DNA of 64,000 bases from Trichodelitschia bisporula (taxonomy: Eukaryota). The first letter of the stretch is position 1. The number at the start of each line of letters is the position of its first letter. The notes under the pieces are model-generated. The model saw nothing but the letters and a program-made list of their open reading frames with translations. It did no database searches and was not told the origin of the DNA. The stretch is taken from NCBI GenBank assembly GCA_010356995.1, contig ML996687.1, positions 683,803-747,802 on the forward strand. The letters run 5' to 3'. Positions 25,027 to 36,984 of the stretch are shown in pieces. A program made the translations under genes and the position numbers.

Positions 25027-26113
25027 ATGCACTTCACTCTCCTTGCTCTCGCGGCCTTCGCTCTCGCCGGCGGGGTCGATGAGCACGGGCACGACGGTTG
25101 GAGCAGCGGCGGATGGCCCGTCCCGAGTAAATCGTGGGGCCTACCTCCGCCTCCTCCCCCTCCATCCAAGAGCCCGCCTCCTCCTCCCCCTCCATCAAAG
25201 AGCCCGCCTCCTCCTCCCCCTCCGTCAAAGAGCGCGCCTCCTCCCCCTCCTCCACCGCCGAGCTCGACGCCGTGCNNNNNNNNNNNNNNNNNNNNNNNNN
25301 NNNNNNNNNNNNNNNNNNNNNNNNNNNNNNNNNNNNNNNNNNNNNNNNNNGCCCGCCTCCTCCTCCCCCTCCGTCAAAGAGCGCGCCTCCGCCGCCTCCG
25401 CCACCGCCGAGCTCGACGCCGTGCACGACGACCCTCCCGCCTCCGCCTCCTCCGCCGAAGAGCTCCAAGCCGCCACCACCTCCTCCCCCGCCGCCGCACA
25501 GCTATCCCCCTCCGCCGCCGAAGAGCTCAAAGCCTCCCCCGCCGCCTCCGCCGCCGGAGTCAACGCCGTGCACAACGACATCGCTCCCACCGCCGCCTCC
25601 TCCGCCGGTAAAGAGCCCGCCTCCTCCTCCCCCGCCCCCGCATAGCTATCCCCCTCCGCCGCCGCCTCCCCCGCCAGAGTCGACGCCGTGCACAACGACA
25701 ACGCTCTCACCGCCGCCTCCTCCGCCGGTGAAGAGCCCGCCTCCTCCCCCGCCGCATAGCTATCCTGCCCCACCACCGCAGCCGGAGAAGAGCATTCCCG
25801 GTACGTTCCCTTTTTACCTCACATATGAAGTCCAAGTCTAACAGCAGCAGCTCCGCCGCCGCCTGCGCCTGTCAAGTCCGAGGCGCCGCCACCGCCCCCA
25901 GCCCCTCCCGCGCCCGTCAAGTCCGTTCCGCCCGCTCCCGTGATACCGACGCCCGTGGCCACGACGCCTGTGGCGCCCGTCACGCCGACGACGACGACTC
26001 CTGCCGCGCCGGCGGTGCAAACGGTTAATGCCGGCGGTAGGATGAAGCTCATGGGTGGGAAGGTGTTCGCGGCTGTGGTTGTTGGTGTCTGGATTGGGGT
26101 TGCGGGTGTTTGA
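25027..26113 (+). CDS. Extensin-like proline-rich, putatively GPI-anchored surface protein; interrupted by an assembly gap; intron 25801 to about 25850
   Basis: Signal peptide MHFTLLALAAFALAG; KSPPPPPP, HSYPPPPP and STPCTTT repeats; C-terminal VNAGG plus hydrophobic tail (VFAAVVVGVWIGVAGV*); TATATA near 24912. Confidence 0.85.
25276..25350. other. Assembly gap (75 N) within the proline-codon repeat
   Basis: Run of N. The reading frame differs across it, so the true gap length is not 75. Confidence 0.99.
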
Positions 26114-26885
26114 CGGGCTGTGTGAAGGGAGGATATGGAGTGGAAGATGGGATGAGAGAGGAGCGGGAAGCAGAGGTGCATTGATGATGACGATGATGAA
26201 GTGGTAATGACGCTCCCTTTGTGGTAATGTCTTTTGATGAGCGGAGAGTGAGAAGCTGTAATCATGTAGTGCTGGACGAGACGTAGTTAGCATTGAACCA
26301 TCTCGAGGATTTACTTCCCCGATGAAGCCTCTACGCAACGTCGTGCTGAACTTTGGATCGCCATCTTCCTTCTCCATTCATCGTCAAGGCCAAGCCTCTG
26401 CGCGAAGCCGTGGAATAGTGGTGAAGGTGCTGGTGGTGATGATGGGATGGGATGGCAATGACGCGCTCTTTCCTCACCGCTTGATCATTCTCGCGCCCCT
26501 TCCCCTGCTTGTTCTTATCCTCCCGGGATATACTTCCCCGATTCAGCCTCCGTGCGAAAGCCATAACGAACTCCCGATCACCGCCTCCTTTCATCTTCAA
26601 ACCGAAAGCCCGAATTTCAAATATGTCCAGAGTTATCGGAGACGCAATCGATGCAACGCAGCCGTATTGCACCCACCACCAATGACCTCACGCGAAGCCC
26701 ATCGTCAGCCTTGTCCCGGCCAGCCCCAACGCCACCAGCGACGCCACCTCAGCCCTGCACCGTACCGCATTCGCAGCAGCCTCGTCAAGCAAGCAAAAGA
26801 GCCCATGGAACAAAGGCGTCAATTCATCAACCCATTATCCACTCATTACCCCCTCCCCATTATCCCACCCAAACCCCCCATTCCA

Positions 26886-28957
26886 TTACAACCCCTTCCC
26901 ACTAAGCCCCAAACACTCCGCCATGCCGAAGAAGATGTCAATCGAATTATACACCCCCCCAAACAGCTCCTGACACGGCCCCATCGCGAAAACCGGCACA
27001 TCAGTAAGCGAATGCACGCCCTGCGCATTATCCACGCTCAACGTCCCATTATACACAATGCCCCCCGGATTATCCTTCGGATTAACCACGTAATCATTCT
27101 TCGCGCCCTCGACCGCCGGCTCGCGCGGCCCGTCCTTGTTCACCGCATAATCCTCGCGATGGTCCGGGTTGGCGTACAAGCCCTGGAAAAGCGTGTACCG
27201 CGGATCCCATGTGGTCGGGAAATGCACACCGGGGTTGTAGCTCAGGTTGCCGGCCATGGTATACCCGGCCAGCCCGCTGTTCTGGTATGTGCCCACGGCG
27301 GCGCGCTTCTTGCGCGGCTCCGTCTGCGCATTGAAGTACTTTGTGTCCACGGAGCCCATGACGTCAAAGCCGTGGCCGTGGTCGGCGGTGACCAGGATGA
27401 GCGTCTCCTTGAGCTGGTTGGTGGCGTTGAGATGCGCGATGGTCCCGCGGATGGTGTCATCCAGCTCGAGCAGCTCGCCGAGCGCCCGCTCGTAGTCCAG
27501 CACGTGCATCATCTTGTCAATGGATGCCGCCTCGCTCATGATGAACCACCCTTTGCCGGCGGAGCGCTGCGTCACGATGTCAATCGCCTTGGTCGTCATC
27601 TGCAGGAGCCCCGGCTGATCCGTCGCATCCTTGTGCAAGCCATCCGCCGAGTTGTTCTGGTTCCGCAGATTCTCCTTGTACACATTGCGATCGAGCCACT
27701 TGGCCATATTACTGACGGAAAAGATCCCCAGAGCCTTGGTGTCATTCTTCAGCGCCGCCATCGCCGTCCCGTTCTGTGCAACACCGTACCCCTTCTTCGC
27801 GAACTCGGCGTAGTAGTCCCGGTCCAAAAACGTGGTGCCGCCGTGGCTCGAGTTGAAGAAGTTCTCTGCGCCGCCGCCGAAGAGCACATCCGGCCCCGTC
27901 CAGTTGGTCCACGTGTAGTTCTGGATGCCATTCAAGTACCAGTCGATGATGGGCGCGGCCTGGCCACGGTCGCGCGTGTGTGAGACCAGGGCCGCGGGCG
28001 TGGCGTCGGCGATGAAAGCCGTCGACACAATGCCCACGGCGCCGCCGGTGAGGCGGTGGAAGAGTTCGGCGATGGTTTCGACCTTGGGGTCGTCGAAGAC
28101 GTTTTTGCTGCTGTCGGCGTAGACGCCCAGAGCGTTGACGGTCGACTTGTGGCCTGTGTAGAGAGCGGTCGCGCTGTTGGCGGAGTCGGTGATGAAGCTG
28201 TCGATGGAGTGCGTCATTTGGTGGCCTAGGATGGGGAACTTGTCCATAGCCATCTTGGTCTGGTATCTGCCGTTGATGGTCTTGTGGGCAATGAGGCGGG
28301 CGGCCTGGACGTGTCAGTAAGGTTCCGGCGGCGCGAGGGACTGGCAATTGCATACCGTGATCATGTTCGTCGTCATGCCATCCCCAATGAAGAGAATGAC
28401 ATTCTTCGCCTTCCTCACCGTACTCAAATCCCTCACCGTCCAATTCACCACCGTCTTCTTATCCCCATTGTACCCCAACGTCGCCACATACTCGCCCGGC
28501 TCCTTCAAAAACACCCTTCGATACGCGCGACTCGTGACGTTCACCAAACTCGGCGTCCCCTTATCCTTCGCGAACAAGTCCTCAAACCATGTGAAATTCC
28601 ACCGTTCCAGCGCCGGCTCCTTGACGCCGAAAAACGTCGGCGCGTCGACGGGCTTCGCGCTGCCCTTCGCGATTGTGAAAGTGAACTTTTCGTCCGGTTG
28701 TCCGCCATTGGCTTCAGACCCGTTCACCGGCGCGTGCACCTCGAGCCGGATGTCGAAGTACTGCCCGGCGAGGAAGTCGGCTTGATCGGGGGGGAAGACG
28801 CAGCCTATTTCATTAGCTGATTGCCCAGCACTACGTCACAGCACACACCGAATGTAGGGCAAGTGCCCAAGCGCTGGAACGTCTGCGCAGCGACAACATC
28901 AAGCAACACGGCCACAACCGCAGCCGCAGGGGCAATGGAACGAAGGATGGCGACCAT
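26886..28957 (-). CDS. Secreted alkaline phosphatase (fungal long form with N-terminal extension); 2 introns
   Basis: Signal peptide; AKNVILFIGDGM, ITDSANSATA (catalytic Ser), DATPAA, SEAASIDKMMH, LVTADHGHGF, GVHSLTDVPVFAMGP. Confidence 0.95.
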
Positions 28958-29630
28958 ATCTCGCCGATAAAAACAGCAATTGACAAAGCTGCGGTAGAGC
29001 TAGAGCTGAGAGCCGAAGCCGGGATGCACCTTCTCAGCAGCTTATATACGTAGACGAGGCCGGGCGGGGGAGATGAGCGGTGCTACGTGTCGCCTGCCGT
29101 TGCTGCCCCGCCCACAGCAGCAAACAGCGGGCCCATAGCTCCCCATGTCGCCGCTTCATTGCTGCCCCGCGCGCACAAGGCGGCCGAGATGACGCCGCGG
29201 CGGGAGCCGGACTGCTTGGCTTTGGAATGTCGATGTCGCTCCGAGGCCGGGAGTGGGTGGTGATGGGCGCGGGGATGCAGGTTGTAGTGTTGTGTGCCTT
29301 GCGAGAGTAGAGGAGGGCTCGATGGGGGGAAGAGGAGAGAAGGAGCACGGGGTTTTTTGAAGGCGTTGATTGGGTGAAAGGGGTTTGATGCCAAGCGGCG
29401 GGGACAAGGCTGCGGGGGTGAGGATACGAGGGTGTGATATTTCCGGAGCATGAGGTGGACCGGGTTTGGTGGGATATCTAGAGTGACCTTCTGTAATGGT
29501 TAGTGGTGTTGATATTGGGGGTGGATTGGAGGGGGATTGGGAGGATGCCGGTGATATACCCGTATCTCGCGTCTCGCGTGCCCTGATGGATAAGGGGAAG
29601 GGGAATGCAGACAGCGACGGTAGACGGTAA

Positions 29631-29647
29631 ACACACACACATACACA

Positions 29648-29679
<32 letters not shown>
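29631..29679. repeat. (CA)n microsatellite
   Basis: Directly visible imperfect AC dinucleotide run. Confidence 0.95.
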
Positions 29680-29680
<1 letters not shown>

Positions 29681-30898
29681 CACCGGCTCTCGGTACTCAA
29701 CCGTCACCATCATCACCACCTCACAACGCTTGCACCCGGCCCGCTCACCAACGTACGTCTCATTGCATATGCCACCACGTGTGCCACCGACGTACGCCCG
29801 CGCACCAATCCTGCATCTCTTCCGTCATCCACCTTTCCACGCCTTCCCAGCCTCGCACCGCCCACCGCCGCACCCCATCTTCCTCACCTCGGCAGCCGCC
29901 AAACGTGCCCTCTGCGGCTGCCGTGATTGACGCACCCCCCATACCCATCCTCGTATCATCTCATCACCATTCCCTAGCCCATTCCACGCCGCAGAGGGAA
30001 TTACACAACTCTAGAACTAGTCCAGCCATGCCTCTAGATGTACCGTTCGCCAACCCTCAGCCCATGCCCGCGGCGATGCCGTAGATCCGTGCTCGAGGTG
30101 ACATGACGTGCTGTGCGAGGCTGCTGTGGTAGACGCTTTTGCTCTGCTCCGAGGCCCTGGCGCGCGGGAGGCGTCCCTGGTGATCGAAGAAGCTTGGTGT
30201 GCTTGGTATTTCTGCCTGGCGGATGTGTCGAAGGCGTGGAAGCGTGGGGATGAGACTGGCTGCCGATGGTTGCTTGTCATTGCGGCTGTCATAGCGGATG
30301 TACCACTTTACCCTAAGGTGAGCATACTGAAGGAGGCGAGAGATGCGAGACGTTGGAATGAAGGGAACGCAACGCCGAGTGATGAAAGCAAAGCGAGAGG
30401 AGAGCGGGAGCTGTCGTCTTTGTCACCCGGGACGTGACGTCGACATAAACTCCGTGGGCCATCTGTTATACTTTCATGCCTTGTGCGCCGTGAACCCCAC
30501 ATGTTGGCCAATAACGCGACGAAGCCCGTGGGTTTCGTTTCATGTACCAGACACATTTTCTCGGCCGTAATATCCTCGACATATCGATCATCTCGTCCAG
30601 TCCCGGGTCTTGAGCCTCCTCGTCTCACAGTAGCCCTGTAACCTTAACCCGACAAGTAGAGTATACACGACAGACACGGTAACCGCAGGTTCGTCAAGAC
30701 AGCAAGGCCGTTTCCAAAGCCGTCAATTAACGAATCTCCAACTGCCCCCCCTGGCAGGGAGACGATCCTAAACTCATGCTATTAGAAAACGCAGATGCCC
30801 CCATCCAGCTGCAGGGTACTATGCGCAATGATCCGCTCGCTCTTCCCTTCGCAGCAATGCTCAAAACACAACGCCTCCAATGCAACACCAAGCCCGCT

Positions 30899-32257
30899 CT
30901 AAACAACCACCCGTCTCAAAACATCCACACCTCCCAATATCCTCCGTCCAGTAACCGCATCCCGTCCCCGTCCACTCTCCCACCGTCCCTCCCTGCTCCC
31001 CTCCATACCATCCTCATCCTCAACCCCCCACCCCTCCTCCCCGCCCCGTCCCTCCATAAACGCAACCTGCTTTTCATGCGTCCCCTCCACCCACCGATGT
31101 ATACACGCATAGCAGTACACATACCCACTTGGCGCAGCCGTGGCATTCACCACCGGTCCCAGGCATATAGGACACAGCGCACTCGTCGCCGGACCAGGCG
31201 GCGCAACCGTCAAAATCGGCAACAGGCTTCCAGCGGCAATAGGCGGGTCCCGCCTCAGCGCCTTCTCCTTCTCCTTCTCCGCGTCCCCGCCCTCGCTCTT
31301 CCCTCCAAGCGCCACGCTGCTCTTCTTCGGTAGGCCCGCGACCACGGGCGGCGGCAACTCCAGCCCCTCACTCGCCTTCCTCGCAAGCTGGCGCGCAAAA
31401 TCGCTCACATGCCACCACTCTAGAAACTTAAGCACGAAGATGCTCACCGGGAGCAGGAGTCTCAACCCGCCGAGTAGCCGCGGGCCAATCGTCCGCGCCG
31501 CCGTCCTCGGGTGCCACGCCGTTTGTCCCGGCCGCGCCGCAGCAGCGGGGGGCGTGTGCGCGAGCACCTCGAAGGCCTTGTGGTCGGCGGGGCTGAGGCG
31601 GCGGATGCGCGTGTGGATGAGCGCGAGGAAGGGTGATGCGAATTTGGTCGTGTTGAAGAGGTAGCCTAGGTTGTAGGCCAGGAGGCTCATATAGTACGCG
31701 CAATTTAGGGTTGGGTAGCACGTGCGGAGGAAGGTTTTGTACAGCGCGAAGATGCGCGCGCGGAGGGTCGTGGGTGGGGGGGATGTGTTGCGCCGACCGA
31801 GGAGGTTCGCGGACGCGCCGTGGATTTCGTAGCTCTCGTCGAGTTTGCGCTTGAGATATGGGATACCGACGACGATCGCGAGGTTTCGCCATACATCCGG
31901 CGTGCGCAGGTGCAGCGCGTCGCGGACGTGTTCCGAGGTCGCAAGCTGCGCGCGGGGAAGCTCCGACCCTTTGACGCGCAACACGCGCTCGCGCTTGAGT
32001 CCGTAGAAGTGCTCCGTGAAGCTCGCGGCATATGTCCGCAAGTAGTGGCGCTCAACGAGGAGCTGCAGCAAGGCGTAGACCTCGTCGAAGGAGTTGAGAA
32101 TGCGGATGAGGTAGCGGGGGTGCCTGTGGGTGGCGAGGGCGAGGAGGTAGCGCAGGGAGGGCGGGAGGAGGGCGTTGAGTTGGGATTCGGAGAGGAGTTC
32201 GAAGAGGGAGGGTTTTAGGTCGTCGTGGCCGGTTTGGAGGGCGGACATGAACTCCAT
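30899..32257 (-). CDS. PEX12: Peroxin 12, RING-finger peroxisomal ubiquitin ligase subunit
   Basis: MEFMSAL..KPSLFELLSE..LLPPSLRYLLA, SFTEHFYGLKRER, PYLKRKLDE, FVLKFLEWW, degenerate RING CPIC...GYVYCYACIHRWV...GRDAVTG. Confidence 0.96.
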   Translation of the reverse strand: MEFMSALQTGHDDLKPSLFELLSESQLNALLPPSLRYLLALATHRHPRYLIRILNSFDEVYALLQLLVERHYLRTYAASFTEHFYGLKRERVLRVKGSELPRAQLATSEHVRDALHLRTPDVWRNLAIVVGIPYLKRKLDESYEIHGASANLLGRRNTSPPPTTLRARIFALYKTFLRTCYPTLNCAYYMSLLAYNLGYLFNTTKFASPFLALIHTRIRRLSPADHKAFEVLAHTPPAAAARPGQTAWHPRTAARTIGPRLLGGLRLLLPVSIFVLKFLEWWHVSDFARQLARKASEGLELPPPVVAGLPKKSSVALGGKSEGGDAEKEKEKALRRDPPIAAGSLLPILTVAPPGPATSALCPICLGPVVNATAAPSGYVYCYACIHRWVEGTHEKQVAFMEGRGGEEGWGVEDEDGMEGSREGRWESGRGRDAVTGRRILGGVDVLRRVVV

Positions 32258-32531
32258 TGTGGGTGGTGGTGGCCCGTTGAGGCCGATGGTTGAGGCCGAG
32301 TTGTCGTGAGAGATGGGATGGCTTAGGGGGCTGGAGTCGTGATGCTGCTTGCCGAGGTTTCGGGTGACGGATGCCTTGGATGCCTTCGGTGCCTTGAGTG
32401 CCCTGGGTGCCTTGTCAGCCTGAGAGCCTCGATATCCCGCACTGCCACATGCAAGCCACCATCCCATCGGACCCCACACCCCACATTTCTCGACCTTCCC
32501 TCAATCCTACCACAACAACAGCAACTCCAAA

Positions 32532-33072
32532 ATGCCACCAAAAGGTACCTTCCTTCCCCCATCTCCCTCGACCATCTCCTCTAACCCCGAATCCAGCTAG
32601 AAAATCCTCCCCTCCACCAGATTCCTGGGACGACGACCTCTCCGACAGTCCTTCCCTGCCCTCCTCCCTGAAGCCTACCAAATCCCCCGCAGCCTCACCA
32701 TCACCACCCCGCCGCCGCTCCCCATCCCCCTCTCCATCCAAACCCACAGAACCTCCCCCGTCCTCCTCCCAAGCAGCAGATCCCCTCATCGAACATCCCT
32801 TCTTCTCCTCCACCACCAGCGCTGCCACCTCTTCCCCTCGACCCCCCCGCGCCGCTCCCTCCCTCTCCCAACCCCCAGACAAGCGACCCGAAAAGTCCAC
32901 TGCCGTAGCCAGCCGACTCATCGCGGGAGCGCTAGGCGTGCGGCTCCGGCCCACGGCCGAACAGCGCGAGTACGAGAAGGCGGTGCGCGAGGCAGCGAAG
33001 AAGAGGCGCGAGGACGAGAGGGCAGAGAAGGCGAGGGCCGAAGAGGAACGGAAGCGGGTTTGGGAGGACTAG
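32532..33072 (+). CDS. Small conserved-looking protein: DSWDD motif, Pro/Ser linker, C-terminal RPEKSTAVASRLIAGALGVR plus charged helix; intron 32545-32596
   Basis: ATG CCA CCA AAA G|GTACCT...CTAAC..CAG splices into ORF 32398-33072. The C-terminus resembles the R3HCC1/R3HCC1L tail as recalled. Confidence 0.8.
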
Positions 33073-33455
33073 AGCTCTTCCTGGAGCAGAAGGGTGGATA
33101 TTTGGGCAGTAAATACATACACATGGGCGTTTTCATTTCGGGGGGCACCGTCATGACCAGGCACGATGCACGATACAGCAAGACGATGGGACACACAAGA
33201 TTCTATTCTCCTCCCTCCTAAGATGCATCCAAGACACGACGCACGGTAGCAATCCAATGCCGACTCTCACCCACCCCCCAGCCGCTAAGTATGCTTCATC
33301 CCCAACGCCAAATGGGCATGCATGAAGCTCTTTTCCAAAAATGCCTTGCGCGAATGCCGCGTCGCAGAATGTATGCCCAACCTCAGCCGCGGCGCCGCCC
33401 AATGACCTAGGAACCAATGCAATGAACATTCACCCGAAACGCCTACTAATTCCAA

Positions 33456-34835
33456 TCACGCCTTCTCCGCCTCTTGCTTCTCACCATCGGCGACGGCTTC
33501 TTTCTTATCCTTCTCATTCTCTTCCACCCCCGCAAAACCAAGCAATGTCGGACTCGACCTCGATAACCTCTCACTCTTGATAACACTCAGCCTCGGCCGC
33601 ACAATCGAGACCCGCTGCGCAACTCCCGTTCCCCGCTCCACCGTAACCGACTGCTCGCTCGACCACCCGCTCTCATCACTGCTGCTGTCATCGAGTCGCA
33701 GCGGCGCTGGGCGCCGCCGACGTCTCGTGCTTCTCGTGCCGTTCGTCGGCGGACATGGCGGGGTCTGCGCACCGGACTGAGGCGGCGTTTTAATCGTGGA
33801 CGGGGTCTTCGGCACAGCCGGCACGGTCGCACCCAGCTTCGGCGTCTGTGGCGCGCGATCGGCCTTGCTATCCAATGTATCCCTCCGCTCAATTCCTTTG
33901 CCTCCTCCTGGACCACTCCCACCACTTCCGCTCCTCCTACGTCCGCCCCCCGGCGTGGGGCCGTCAACAACGGTGACGCCGCGCTTTCCACCCATGAAGC
34001 TGGCCGTTGGCGGCGGCTCCTTCATCCACGCGCGGTCCTGACGGCGAGTAGGTGGGACGCTGACTACCGGTGGATGTAGATCATTTACCGGCGCGGAGTG
34101 ATAATTAGCAAAGTACGGCTGCTGATAGCTCGGTCGCGGCTTGCGAGGCATGCTCGCGGTAGCGGCGGTCGAGGCAGTCGGAGGGCGCGAGACGGTCCAG
34201 CCGCTCGCGGAGACGGAAACCGAGCCCGAGGACCCGGAGTGCGAATTTGCCGACGCACCGCGGGGCCGGGTCGAGGCGCTTGCATCGTCGGTGACCGTCG
34301 TGGCGACCGTCGTGGCAGTTGCCGCCGTCAGTGCTCGGCTGCGCGGCCGATGGCTGCGTGACTCCCAGAAGTCCTCCTCGTCGGGGCGCTGGTATCTCCG
34401 GCGCGCCCAGCTGTGTGGGCCGAGATGCACGTCGTCCATGCTCTGTGCCGGTCCCAGGTCACTGAGGCTGCTGGCGTGCGAGCCGACGGTGCTTACGGTG
34501 CCAGCCGTATTGATGTGGCGCGAGGCGGCAGATTCGCGGCCGCCGCGGCGCTGGCCGCGACCCTTCCACGAGGGTCCCAGCGAGATCTCTTCGGCCCAGT
34601 GGGGATTGATTTCGAAGGGCGCGGGATGCTCGTAGGGTGCTGGCTGTGGCGGTCCGTGGGATGCGTCGGTCTCCGAGCGTGCCATGCGCATGGCGCGTTG
34701 CTTCGTTTTGCGGTCTCGCATGGCTTCCTTCTTGCGCTTGCGCTGGTAAGCGGCCGCGGAGCATGGCCCGCACGAGATGTAGAAGAATAAGGCGGATTGG
34801 AAGCCGCGCCATAACCAGTTGTGGTCTTCTGGCAT
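33456..34835 (-). CDS. Conserved fungal hypothetical protein (N-terminal WxxxQSxxFYxSCxPC motif, long disordered tail)
   Basis: 459-codon ORF with conserved-looking blocks QSALFFYISCGPC, YEHPAPFEINPHWAEEISLGP, WARRRYQRPDE, PVNDLHPPVVS..WMKEPPP. Confidence 0.8.
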   Translation of the reverse strand: MPEDHNWLWRGFQSALFFYISCGPCSAAAYQRKRKKEAMRDRKTKQRAMRMARSETDASHGPPQPAPYEHPAPFEINPHWAEEISLGPSWKGRGQRRGGRESAASRHINTAGTVSTVGSHASSLSDLGPAQSMDDVHLGPHSWARRRYQRPDEEDFWESRSHRPRSRALTAATATTVATTVTDDASASTRPRGASANSHSGSSGSVSVSASGWTVSRPPTASTAATASMPRKPRPSYQQPYFANYHSAPVNDLHPPVVSVPPTRRQDRAWMKEPPPTASFMGGKRGVTVVDGPTPGGGRRRSGSGGSGPGGGKGIERRDTLDSKADRAPQTPKLGATVPAVPKTPSTIKTPPQSGAQTPPCPPTNGTRSTRRRRRPAPLRLDDSSSDESGWSSEQSVTVERGTGVAQRVSIVRPRLSVIKSERLSRSSPTLLGFAGVEENEKDKKEAVADGEKQEAEKA

Positions 34836-35347
34836 GACGGCCGCGGGGTTATGAGGGCGGGGAAGGGATGCTCGTCGAGGGCGCCAGGTTGACGGGGTAG
34901 TCGACTGGTATGTGACGGGTAATTATGTGGTACCTGTGACGGGATGAGACGGCAAGATGAGGGGTTCGTGTAAGGGTTGTTTGGGTTCGCCGATCGGGAA
35001 GCGGGTTGAGACGGAAAGGGACACGACCGGGAGAGAAGAGAGATGCTGAGTTGCGAAGTGAAGTGGTTAAATTTAGGAGGAATTGCCGACGCAGTTTCGT
35101 TGCAGGTTGAAAAGTGCCAACGGACTCTAGCCGCTTGTTTCGTCGGGAGTAGAGGGAGACAGTAGAAGTAGTCCGGGGGTGTATGAAGTGGAGTATATAT
35201 GCTTCAAAGACGGACTGCGGAGAGCCAGCCTACTGCGTACGCACAACTGTGGGGACATGCAGTGACAAGGATGCTGCGATGTATGGGGGGGTTGAAAGGC
35301 GGAGTAGTGAGGAAAAGATTCAAGGAAAGGCTTGACTGAATTGATTT

Positions 35348-35433
35348 GAGAGGAGGGGAGAGGAGAGGAGAGGAGAGGAGAGGAAAGAGAAGAGTGAGAG
35401 AGGGAAAGAAAGAGAAAAGAGAGAGAGAAAGAG

Positions 35434-35474
<41 letters not shown>

Positions 35475-35489
35475 TGTGTGTGTGTGTGT
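35348..35489. repeat. Polypurine tract with (GAGAG)n and (GA)n, then (GT)n microsatellite
   Basis: Directly visible. It is CT-rich on the minus strand upstream of the 34835 gene, consistent with a fungal core-promoter/TSS pyrimidine tract. Confidence 0.9.
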
Positions 35490-36984
35490 ATGGGAGAGTG
35501 ACGAGTGGATGATGTGGGGAGGAGACGAGGAGAGAGAGACGATAGGTCCCGGACCGTTAGGGGATCAGGCAGCTTTCAGGCAGTGCATGCGTATTCAGGC
35601 ATAAAAGTGGCTTTTGACACGCCAAGGTCTAATCCCCTGGGGCCGTGAGTGGCGCCGCCAAGGACCACTCCACAGGAGCCATCCGGGCCCATCCCAGCCA
35701 TAACTGGAATGCCAAGCCTTTACTCACCCATAGACCAATCACATTACGCAAAAGTGGACGACCTCAACCCCCCCCCTCTCCCTCCCCCTTTCCGTACAAG
35801 CCTCTCGTAGGGCAGCCAAGGGCAGCCCCTCCCTTCCCCATCCGCCTCCTTCTGCACGGCACTGAATCTTGTGCGGCATCTCGAAACACACCCAACAAGC
35901 AACATCATCAGGGCAGCAAAGCGACGCACTGCGCCGATGTTGTGCGCTTCTTTCCCCCATCTCCGCTATCCGAACCCATCCGTCTGCTTCAAAGCAAGTA
36001 ACAACGCAGCCTGCAGGAAGCGCAAAGCGCGACATCCGTGTGTTGGCAGATGTCGCAGACTACTTGCGGTTGGCCCGGCATCGCTTTGTACCGTACTGTA
36101 CCCCCCCCGCGAACTTCCGGGGATGGGCCTTACGCGGTCCGCTCCGTTGGCAAAGCAGGCCATGTGACATGTCAAAGGTGTTGGTTCTGTTCTGCGCGGT
36201 TTTCTGCATCCTTCCCGTTTCTTCCCTTGTTCCTTTTCTTCCATTGTTGTCGGAGGATGAAGGAATTGTTTCCGCGGCTTCCCCCGGAATCTCTTTGGCG
36301 TGGGGAAGGAAGGGGATTCCACTTGGCGCCTGCGAGCAATACGAACGGTTAATCTCCGACACTGGGCTGGACTCGGCGATTTTGTCGCTTCACAGTTCAC
36401 TCAATTCTCACTCTCATTCTCCCGCATGGAGGAAACAGTTGCATTCTTTGATCTGCAGATGGAGACACCGGTACAAGATTGTCGTGCACACTAAGGAAGC
36501 AAGCAAGTGGGCAGGTGAAAAGCATCAACTCGCTGTCCCCCACCAATCGCACCCGCTAACTCCCAATGACGTGCCACGTTCCCCGCTGAAAGCCGTTGCT
36601 TGGTTGCGCCACACCTGTCGGCTCCCCAACGGTCCCCACTTGCCACCATCGTGCTTGCCACTATCGCCCCGCTAACGCCCTAGCCACTTTGCTTCTTCCT
36701 CACCGTTGTCGGGCTTCGGCTCGGTCGCTTTCCCCGCCTCACCCGATTGCTCGCGGCTCGGGCGAGGTGCAACCCATGGCTTTGACCCAGAACCAGCCGC
36801 TCATGTTGTCGACGTGCGGAAGACTGATGTGCTTCCAAGATTAGGTCGGATGTTGTGACAGAGATGTATTCCCAAGCCGAGCGCGATCCGAGTTTAATCA
36901 GGCTGCTTGTTCGATGGTTGGAATCGGTATTCTCGGCTTCGACTGACGTACCAGTTGGTGTGAAACTCAAATGCGTTAAGATCC

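Noticed and set aside
26322..27983. 553-aa plus-strand ORF
   Set aside because: Antisense shadow of alkaline phosphatase.
29776..29781. CACGTG (Pho4/NUC-1-type site) upstream of alkaline phosphatase
   Set aside because: A single hexamer about 820 bp upstream is within chance expectation; plausible but unsupported.
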